From the NCBI RefSeq assembly GCF_009914755.1, contig NC_060926.1: a DNA stretch of 64,000 bases; one strand, written 5' to 3'. How positions within the stretch are numbered: the stretch's first letter is position 1; each line of letters starts with the position of its first letter. This DNA comes from the human T2T-CHM13v2.0 reference genome, Homo sapiens. Of this stretch, positions 30,161 through 40,764 are shown in pieces. A model generated the notes under the pieces. It worked only from the letters and a program-made list of their open reading frames with translations. It ran no database searches and had not been told where the DNA came from. The position numbers and the translations under genes were made by a program.

Positions 30161-31434
30161 AATTGATATCCATATCTTTCCTGGGACCCAACTTACTCTG
30201 TGACTTTTTCAAGTGGTGTCTTTTTTGATGCCAAAACCTTTGTGCCACTTGTTCTTCATTGCTCCTTCCAATGTAAGTTTGATTCCTTAAAGGAAAGCAC
30301 ACCATTCCAGTCAAAGCCTTGATAAAATAACCAGTGTCTCCAATTATGTCCTACTGCAAAATAAAATAGATTATTTGTCACTTATGCAAATAACTCTATT
30401 ACCATAAATTAAGAACACTCACAAATAATAGAATACTCACAAATAATTATATTGCCATAAATTAAGAATACTCACACATTATGGAGAAATCAGGTAGACA
30501 GAAACAAATATGCTCCAAATTTTGTTCGCAGGAATATATTTACTCAGTTATTAAAAGTTGTAAATAGCTTAAAAGTTTGCTTAACTCTGAAAAACAAAAC
30601 AAAGGATCAGCAATGTTTTAAGCAAAAAAAAAATCAAAAGGATTACTTCAGTTTTCTATTGGTTAAGTTAATTCAGTTAACTCCGGTTCTGTTTGATACT
30701 CGTGAACATTTTGGCTCTACATGAGAGTTCTGAAAGTTTTTTCCTTTATTCTAATTTTACAATTTCCAAAGTTATGAGAAAACCTGCATTTAAGTGCACC
30801 TGTTAGAGTCCTATAGCTGATTATAAACCCACCTTTTAAAGAGAGTTTAAAACAAGACAAAACAAGACAATTTTCAGTGGATGAAAAAAAGCTTTAAAGC
30901 AGCCATAGTTAAAAGACACAACTGACAAAGAAATTTGTTACCTCTGTCCAACACAATAATTTTACCATAACAATTATGATTATTATTGATAGTGTACACT
31001 AAGTTATTTAAGAATGCAGGAGTTTCCTATAGTTTTGGAACACATACTGATAATATATTTATACAGATACAACCCAAAGAAAACCAAACACCATTTCATA
31101 TTTGACAATGCTTCCTGTGTAATTTTCATACCAAATAAGCCATATCATGCCATTTTTACACTTTAGGGAAACTAATGTCTTAAAGGATTAATTAGGTTCG
31201 AAAAAGACATAATTTACAATTTGATTTTGGAAATCTTGTCAAATATAAAAGATTTAAAACACTTGATATTACAAAACAGGATTACAGGTCATTGTAAAGT
31301 CACTTATTTAACCAAAGTGATAATTCAAGCATTTCAAAAAAAGTGAAAACCTGCATTCTTTGAGAGAGGAGATATAATTTTCTAGACAAGAAGCCCTAAT
31401 GAAAACAGCAGGATGCCAATTACATTTGTTTTTC

Positions 31435-32032
31435 CTTTTTTTGGGGGGGTTTATTATTATTCTTTAAGTTCTAGGGTACATGTGCACAATGTGCAGGTTT
31501 GTTACATATGTATACATGTGCCATGTTGGTGTGCTGCACCCATTAACTTGTCATTGACATTAGGTATATCTCCTAATGCTATCCCTACCCCCTCCTCTCA
31601 CCCTACAACAGGCCCCGGTGTGTGATGTTCCCCTTCCTGTGTCCAAGTGTTCTCCTTGTCCAATTCCCACCTATGAGTGAGAAAATGTGGTGTTTGGTTT
31701 TTTGTCCTTGTGATAGTTTGCTGAGAATGATGGTTTCCAGTTTCATCCATGTCCCCACAAAGGACATGAACTCATCCTTTTTTATGGCTGCATAGTATTC
31801 CATGGTGTCTATGTGCCACATTTTCTTAATCCAGTCTATCGTTGTTGGACATTTGGGTTGGTTCCAAGTCTTTGCTACTGTGAATAGTGCCACAATAAAC
31901 ATACTTGTGCATGTGTCTTTATAGCAGCATGATTTGTAAAAAACCAACAAAGATCAAAAGAGACAAAGAAGGCCATTACATAATGGTAAAGGGATCAATT
32001 CAACAAGAAGAGCTAACTATCCTAAATATATA
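31435..32032 (-). mobile_element. L1PA insertion with 5' inversion (twin priming)
   Basis: Antisense 3' end at 31435-31935, then a sense ORF2 endonuclease piece (KPTKIKRDKEGHYIMVKGSIQQEELTILNIY); 14-bp TSD tacatttgtttttc at 31421 and 32033. Confidence 0.92.
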
Positions 32033-32631
32033 TACATTTGTTTTTCAAAATTTTGTAAACAATCTATAACAGTTAATATTTATTATAGAATATAACTTTA
32101 ATAAGCCTTTTATAATTTTTATAAACTTTATTAAGAAGTTGGTTAATGCTTCAAGAAAATCTTGTTAATCTGACTCAGGGGTCCACATACTGTTTTTGCA
32201 TCAGTGTGCCTTTGACATTAATAATTAATTTATAGAGAAACTGAACTTATTTTACCTTTCAAAATCAGCCCTTACAATCTTATGTGCCCACCTCTTCCGT
32301 GATAGTTCTTGGGCCTTGAGGAACTGAGTAGCTTTAATTTCTTGCCCTGTGTCTCAGGAATGCCATTTGGTTACCTGTCTTTCAATGTCATGGAAGCAGG
32401 AAAACTTGCCTTCCTGTTGGAAACAAAGAAAACTCCAAAAAAAAAAAAAAGAAGTTGTACAGCAAAATAAACTTTAGATCTCAAACAAAGTTTGGGAGAT
32501 CAGGTACTCTCTGGAGGGGGTTGCTCTCAGACCTCAGCAAATTGTCCTATTTATTTGAGCCATAAAGTTAGCTCATGCTGGTACCAAGCACGGATAGGAG
32601 ATTTGTCAAAGGTCAGGGGCATCTCCACTCA

Positions 32632-32656
32632 GAATCCCCCTTCCCCGTGGTTACCA
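32632..32656 (-). other. Retroviral primer-binding site, tRNA-Arg(TCG)-like
   Basis: Plus strand 'gaatcccccttccccgtggttacca' resembles a tRNA 3' end (...gaatccctycgtggttacca); 3 nt from the LTR end. Confidence 0.65.
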
Positions 32657-32659
32657 ATA

Positions 32660-33121
32660 TGTGAACCAAGAAAATCTGAGACAGGCTGCAGTTAATTTAG
32701 GAAGTTTATTTTGCCAAGGCCGAGGACACGCCCATGACACAGCCTCAGGAGGTCCTGACAACATGTGCCAAAGGTGGTCAGGGCACAGTGTGGTTTCATA
32801 CATTTTAGGGAGACATGAGATATCAATCAATGTATGTAAGAAGTACAGTGGTTCAGTCTGGAAAGGTGGGACAACATGAAGCAAAAGCAAGAAGACAGGA
32901 AGTGGGGAGGGAGCTTTCAGGTCACAAATAGGTGAAACACAAAGGGTTACATACTTTTGAGTTTCTGAGTAGCCTTTCCAAAGGAAGCAAATCAGATATG
33001 CATCTATCTTATTGAGCAGAAGAGTGACTTTGAATAGAATGGGAGGCAAGTTTGCCCTAAGCAGTTTCCAGCTTGAGTTTTCCTGAGTGATTTTGGGGGC
33101 CCAAGGTATTTTCCTTTCACA
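32660..33121 (-). mobile_element. MER4A LTR (5' LTR of the MER4 element)
   Basis: Minus strand 'tgtgaaaggaaaataccttgggcccccaaaatcact' to '...cagattttcttggttcaca'; AATAAA present. Confidence 0.88.
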
Positions 33122-34089
33122 GATTTGAAAGTGAATATGACAGACTCCAAAGTTAGTATCTTTCCATGATGTCAATTTGCCTCTCTTTTTATGTCAGTCC
33201 TCTGTAATTTGAGTCTTGTATCTGCAACATACAAAATATATGACCCTAGTAAATATTCTTAACAAAATATTAATAACAACCTACTTCACAGAAGGGCTTC
33301 TTAGAAAAAAAAATTAGCCTCAACACTATAAGTAAAATCAACACATAAAGTTTTATAAAAATGTATTTTAAGTGTATTTTAAATCCCCCCACCCCCACCA
33401 CACACAAAAAATATTATTATCTTGTTATCAGTTACAATGCCCTAGGGCTCACTTTGAGATCTGAGTTTTTCATTAACAAATTTAGGCCCATACTGTTTAT
33501 TTCTTTAGAGGCCAATTTCTTTATAAATTGCACAGGCGTATTTTATCCTATTGTAGATTTCCTTTTAAAATTTTTCTTATTAATATCGGGTGAAGAATAT
33601 ATACAAAAGAATGTTTATTGCAAGGAGAAAATAAATCAGGTTTCTCTGATATTCCATATTTATCTGTGGTGTGGTTTTGCGGGGAGAAGAAAAAATACTG
33701 CTTTCTATAATAACTTGCTTCTCACAGCTTTCATACCATTTATTCCTCATAAGAAGAAACCTTATTGAAAGTTACCATAGGCACAGGAAAATACTCAGAT
33801 CTTATTAAAATTTCCAATATTACATCTCCAGGATTTGTTTTGTAAAAAGTCTCCACTGACAAATCATTTCAAAAATGTAAACACATTTGATGTACTGAAG
33901 CTCTACACTGCAGTCATTTCTGCAGGATTAGCCAAGTACTGCTCGGTATCCTGCTTTATTAAAACTTCATTCCAAACAGATAAAGCAGAGAAAGAAGTAG
34001 AGGTTAGGGGAGAAGCCATTCCAATGAATTTACATAGCAACGATCATCTTAGAAAGGCCTCTGAATTGTATAGCACTTTGAAGTTCAAA

Positions 34090-34270
34090 TAACATTATTT
34101 TTGCATCTCATTTTATTCTCTCAACAAACCCATGAATTGAGAATAAACAATTATTCTATTTATTTAATTGTGTGGTGGAAATTAAAGTCCATTGGGGATA
34201 AGCAACACACCAAGGGTCCTATATCTAGTAAATGGCATAGCCAGAATTAAATTCTGGGTACCCCATCCTC
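34090..34270 (-). mobile_element. MIR fragment
   Basis: 'catctcattttattctctcaacaaacccatga...ctagtaaatggcatagccagaatt'. Confidence 0.6.
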
Positions 34271-35213
34271 ACCCAAACCTTTAGAATATGGGCAGGGGTC
34301 AGGTCAAATTTATCTAAAAAAGCGAGGGCATTTATGAGGTAATGAGGGAAATTGTTCAAGAAAGGAAAGAGAAAATATGGTGCACAGGACCAGAGGGAAA
34401 GAATGTTGTTTGCAGTATTACCAGTATGGGAGCATAGTTAAATTATTTGCATTTTGTTGGTTAAGTGCATGTGAAGAAGGAGATAGCAAGAGATTCTGCT
34501 AAGGAAACTAATGTTGGCAAGTGGCCTATAAACCAGGCTAAGTGCAAGGATTTCTTTTTCTCTTAAAGATAATGGAAAGCTATTGAGAACGCAGTTAAAA
34601 GAAAAGATTACATTTTAATCTTGAGAAGGACATTTTGACCCATGTACAGAATGGCTAGCATAAAGCTAAAACAGACGCAAGCAGAACAATGAGAATGTTA
34701 TAGAAACAATGCAGTTGAAAGATAATGATGAGGATGTTTACAACATGAAAATGAATTGATAGATGAGAAAGCTAGAACAATTTTTGAAATGTGAGAACTT
34801 ACTAATAAACAAGAGGCTAGAGATGAGGGTTCAGATACATACATCAGGGTTTAATTAATGTAAGCCATATAACAGTGCATTGAGAGAAGCTAGAGAGTAT
34901 ACCAAAATAAACAAGAAACCTCCTATTGAGAATGTTTCCAAATTAAAGCCCTGTTTAAAAGTTTTAGCACATCTCTAGACATATTTTCAATAATGTGAAA
35001 GATCTGAAAACCACTTCTGAAGAATGATTAAAATTAAGAGTGCTTTCTTATAATATAGGATCTCATAGACCGTTTAAAAACTATTAGATTGAGGTAAAAT
35101 ATTTTTTCCAGTTGAACAAATGGTCAGACTCTGCAGATAAAAAAAACTTTAAGTCAACATAAGGATTTCAAATTTATTTCACAGATTGGTGAACTTGCTC
35201 ATCTTAGAGGTAT

Positions 35214-35808
35214 TTTTGATGAAAAGAGTCAAAGTCTGTAAAATAAAATATTTGAAGAGACTTATTCTGAGCCAAGTATGAGTGATCCTGGTCTGTGACA
35301 CAGCCCTCAGGAGGTCCTGAAAACATGTGCCAAGGTGGTCGAGGTGCAGCTTCGCTTTATACATTTTAGGGAGACGTAAGACTTGAATCAAATACATTTA
35401 AGAAATACATTGGTTTGGTCCAGAAAGGCAGGACAACTCCTAAGTGGGGGTGGGGGTGGGGATCCAGCTTACAGGTAGATTTAAAAATTGTCTGATTGAC
35501 AATTGGTTAAATTTATCTAAAGACCTGGGATCAGTAGAAATGAATGTCTGGGTTAAGATAAAGGATTGTGGAGACGCAAGTTCTTATTTGCAGAGGAAGC
35601 CTTCAGGTTCTAGGCTTCAGAGAGAATAGATTGTAAAATGTTTCTTATCAGGCTTGAAGTCTGTGTTGATGTTAATACTGGAGAGATGTAATGACGCATG
35701 TCTGGCCCCCACTTTTCATGATGGCCTGAACCAGTCTCTTAGGTTAAATTTTAAAGGAGCCCTGGCTGAGGAGGAAGTTCTTTCAGATGGTTTTGTTTTT
35801 GGTTTACA
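35214..35808 (-). mobile_element. MER4B/MER4D-like solo LTR
   Basis: 'gaaaagagtcaaagtctgtaaaa...gacacagccctcaggaggtcctgaaaacatgtgcc...ttttggtttaca'; 4-bp TSD gtat / gtat. Confidence 0.85.
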
Positions 35809-36215
35809 GTATCCAGAGGTGCAATTCTATGGAACTGATTCCTGCAACGTGTGAGAGTTTGAATTATAAATCTACCTCTTAATTCTGGCATTATTTAATT
35901 TCAGTTATCATGAACATTTTTGGAGAGCCATTGGGCCTAATGAAACATTTAAAAAACTCAAGCTGAGGTAAAGAAATTATGGTCAAATCTTTGTTTCCTC
36001 CAGTAGCAGCCACACAGCGCTACCTTTCTCCATCATGCTTATGAATTGGCAAAAAGAGGTATGGAGCAGTTCCCAGCACAAATTTTGTTTTGTTTTGTTT
36101 TATAGGTTTTGCTTCCCTAGTCCACTAATTATAGACTTGAAATTATACTTTACAGCAATGTTGTAGTGGAAAACTGTAGACCATTCCTTTGTTTTATTTC
36201 TGTGAGCAAACTTGT

Positions 36216-36743
36216 TTTTTAATCTGAATTCCAATAAATAATTATCATCATCTCATGAATCCTGCTGTTGCATTTTGTTAGGGAGTTTCTGGAGGTCTTG
36301 ATTGAAAATTATAATTGGTTAATAGAATTTGACTTACTAGTTCAAGTTTGTTGTGGGTAGGGAAATTTTGGATTATATTGAACCATAATCTTTCTTTCAG
36401 TTCCATTTCAACCAAACTACTCTGGCCCTGATTGTTTTGCTATTTGGATTAGTCTGATTTTCTTTGTTCATCTTGACAGGGTAGACGCTATAAGAAACTC
36501 CTCTAGCCTGATACGTATTGAGAGGTACCATTTGCTTGGTCTTTCCCAGACTGAACAAAATTCAGAAAGATTATGGTTCAATGTAATCCAAAATTTCCCT
36601 ACCCACAACAAACTTGAACTAGTAAGTCAAATTCTGTTAACCAATTATAATTTTCAATCAAGACCTCCAGAAACTCCCTAACAAAATGCAACAGCAGGAT
36701 TCATGAGATGATGATAATTATTTATTGGAATTCAGATTAAAAA
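36216..36743. repeat. Long near-perfect inverted repeat (180-bp arms, 168-bp spacer)
   Basis: 36216-36395 is the reverse complement of 36564-36743 with only two mismatches (36323T:36636G, 36376T:36583G), checked base by base. Confidence 0.98.
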
Positions 36744-38831
36744 GCTTAGCATTTCCAGCTGTACTATGATTACTCTGATTCCAAAGGTTCGTAATCACTA
36801 CCAGTGGACATAGGCAATTCTACTCTTTCAGAAAACTATTTTAAAAAATAAAAAATGTAACTAAAAACAAACAAATACATTAGAAAATAACATTAGGAGA
36901 ATCATTATTCTGGGAATATATTCACAGGGTATTTGGGTGCGTACTCTGGGTATTTGTTTCTCTGCCATATCTGTCTCTAGCAGCACGTCACTGGTTTCAT
37001 TCTGAAGAATATATATTTTTTTCAATATATGTTGATTTTTGAATTTTTTAAATTTAAATTGCCAGTAACTTTTTAAAATATAGAAAAGATGAAAGAGGGT
37101 AAGCAACTTGCTGACATACAGCTCATGAGCTGATTTTCTCCGAAGATTTTTCAGCCAGCTGGAACTCAGGATCATTGTATGCCCCACACCTGATCCTTGT
37201 GCAGTCTTGAGCACAGTGGCTCTTCGCTGGTGTTGTAATGGGGAAAAGATTCACTAAAATAGATCAGAGTGAAAGAGAAGGACTTAAAAATGATACTAAA
37301 CTGTTTTTGTCTTTTAATTTCTTCATTTGACCCTGCTCATTTTAAAACTTTGAACTATAAAGAGTCTTCAATAACGATCACACAGGTGCTTATGTTAGCA
37401 TTTTGAAGCCTAAAACAAGGCAAGAGTCATCATCTCTTTAACTATCTACATGGATAATCAGCACAATTGAAGTGTGTGTCTTTCAAAGGCAAAAATCATT
37501 TCTGGCTTCACCTATAACTCAGTTTTCTCAGGTAGGTGAGTATCAAAGCCCGCTCAACAAATGAATTTGTGATAAAATGTAAGAAGTTGCCACATGGCAA
37601 TACTGAAAAAAGGTGACTCTTCTAGTATGTCTGGTAATCTTTGCTAGACAAAAAAATTCTCTAAACATTGTTTCTATGTGTCTCTCTCACTTATATGTTA
37701 TTATACCTAGTACAACTCTGAAAAATGTGTGAAAACACTAGATCATTAAATTCATGAAGCATGAGACTTCTGATACAGAGAGTTTAAAGGTTCAGCAAAA
37801 TCAGCACTTTCTTGTTAACTAGTTTACCTTGATTTGATTTCTCTGCACCTCACCCAATCAGTACAATGTTAATATCAATACCTACATGATATAGTTGTTA
37901 AATGGTATTAATTACTATGTATATGTCAAATATTTACAAATTATCTGTCAAATATTAATCATTTCATGAATATAATTATAACTACTACTATTACTAGTAG
38001 TATGTGGCATAACATTTTAGATTATAAGCTTCGAAAGCAGAGTACTTGGCTGAATGTTGCCACTTACTAGCTGGTTACATTGACTAGTGATGGCATTATC
38101 TCAATTCTTCTTTTTAAATAATTTGTCTCCAAGACGGTCCCTCAAATTATTTCTTAAGTACATTAAAGGTGTATACTCTTCTTGTAAAGAAAAAAATGTT
38201 TCTCCACTATTTTTTCAAAGACAATACTTCCTAATCTCTTCATCAAAGAAATTTCTTAGAGTTTTTAGAGTTTTATTTACCTGGTTGGACAATGGGTTTA
38301 ACAATAGTACTGGTTTCAAGGTTTTAGATATGAAGATATGCTTAAATACTTAACAGGCTGACAAAAATATAGTGTTAATCAGAGTAGCCCGTAATCTCAT
38401 TGCTACACTGGCCAGAATGTGGTTTCCACTTCAATCTGTTCTGCTTATGAAAAGAAAAAAGAATTAAGTATTTCAAAATAACCTTAAAATACTGTTCTTT
38501 GAATTAGTTTTTAATACTAACCCTTAATCGTATTGCTTTAAAGTAAATTAAGAAAGAATTCTGCATTGGAGGAAATGATTTATTTCCATTGCTATAACTT
38601 CTAGGGATTTGTTTAATAACCAGATCAGCTAAGTTGTGTTTATGTATGCCTACGTTAAATCCTAGAACATTTGTACATTCTCTCTCATGGAATCCTTCAT
38701 AAAGAGTAATTTCCCTCACAGCCTAAATAAGGTGACAGTTGGCAAATTATAAGAATCCATTACTTAAAAATGCATTCTATCAATAGAAAAAATATATGCC
38801 AAGCTAAAATAATAATATTATTAATAGTTCA

Positions 38832-39200
<369 letters not shown>

Positions 39201-39349
39201 CTAAAACCATGTGACTCATATTCATTTATCAAGTCTCAATACTAATTGAATTAAAAAAAAAAGAAAGAAATAAGAATAGTCAACATTCTTTATATTACAT
39301 CGTTTAATTCCCAAAACAAATGTTTGAGGTAGGTACCAGTATTATACAT

Positions 39350-39893
39350 TATATTGGTTATATCTTGCTGCATAACAAACTATGCCAACTAATAGTGTCC
39401 TAACACAACACATAATTATTATAGCTTTCATCAGGATTCTGAGCAAGGCCAAGCTAGGTTCTTTGCTTTGGGGTTTTTCATAGACTGCATTCAAGGTATT
39501 GGCAGGAGCTGTGGTCAACTCAAGTCTCTAATAAAGCAAAAATTGGCTTCCCAAGTTATGTGATTTTGTGCTAGATTCAATTATTCGTGGGCTGTTGGAC
39601 CAACAGCCTCAGTTCCTCACTAGCTGTTGGATGGAGACTGCTCTCCGTTCTTTATCACATAGATATCCTCAATATGATGGTTTGCTTCTTCAAAGCAGGC
39701 AAGCAAAAAGACAGGAGAAAATGTGCTGCCAAGAAAAAAATAAGTCTTTTATGGTCTAAACTCAGAAGTGACATTGCATCATGTTTGTTATAATTTATTT
39801 GTTAGAAGCAAGTGAGAAGGTCAAGTTCCAGAAAAGAGCATGAACAGTGAAGGTGGGTATTATTGAAAACAATTTCAGAAACTGCCTACCATG
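39350..39893 (-). mobile_element. MLT1 (F-like) MaLR solo LTR inserted in a MIR
   Basis: 'tatattggttatatcttgctgcataacaaacta' to 'gaaactgcctaccatg'; MIR-like sequence on both sides. Confidence 0.7.
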
Positions 39894-40764
39894 TACATGT
39901 TTTAAAGATTAGAGACCTGGAACCTCATTTTAATATTACCTTGTCCATATCACCTAAGTAATAACACAGAGTGAGTAACTGATTTCAGTTTGAATCCATA
40001 GGCATAACTGTTAAGCTGTACTTATATACATTAAGCAGCAACTAAGAGTGAAGGCCAAATCAAACATTTATCTCAAAACTGATATAATTTAATTCACAGT
40101 CATCATCTAAATTTGCTAAGGAAAGAGATCAGCAAGGCTTCAGTCCAAAGAGAGGTAAGATTTTGCAGGTACTAACTGTATTCAAGAAATAAGGAATCTT
40201 TGATTTTATCAGCCCTCTTGAGCTGTTCCATGTGGAACTGCACAGCAGGAAACTACAAATGGCAGAGTGTATTCCTTTGACACTGGGTCAGGCAGTACAT
40301 TACACATTCCAAAACTTTAGTGTTAGATGACATTGTAAGAAAGTTTGGCTCTGCAAAGGGCATTTGAGAGCATTTGGATTATATCAAAAAATTGTTCCTT
40401 AAAAACAGAATTGTTTTCTCCAAGAATGAAAGAGCAAATATCATCTCACAGAAGATAAAGATAATGCTTAGGCCTACAAGATTCCCAGGTAACATGCTTA
40501 CTTATCTTAATGCCAATATACAATTAAAACAAGGACTTATTTTAAAATAGTTAATTTAATATCTATCATATTCTGAACTCACCACTACATTTATCCATTT
40601 CACTTTCACCTAGATTCACTCTCCTTGGCATAAAGCCTCTCCACAGGGTGCTTATCTATAAGTTGCAATTGTAGTTATCCCCTTTCCCTAGGAGTTAAAA
40701 TTCAGATACAATAATTTGAGTCTAGAAAATACCACAATTGCCACCATGTACAATTGTTACCAGT

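Larger units (their letters stand above)
30165..32659 (-). mobile_element. MER4-int (non-autonomous ERV1 internal sequence), 3'-truncated
   Basis: Contiguous with the MER4A LTR; typical 'ggaaagcacaccattccagtcaaagccttgataaaataaccag' and 'gtacagcaaaataaactttagatctc'. Confidence 0.75.

Noticed and set aside
31603-31950. ORFs with real protein similarity (L1 ORF2 C-terminus; also 18307-18489, 24314-24655, 51978-52193)
   Set aside because: Fragments of dead, truncated L1 copies rather than genes
32651-33175. 174-aa ORF on the minus strand
   Set aside because: It lies almost wholly in the MER4A LTR; a chance open frame
40120-40500. Non-repetitive stretch that might be a conserved element or exon
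   Set aside because: No ORF, splice pair or recognisable motif; conservation cannot be judged from a single sequence
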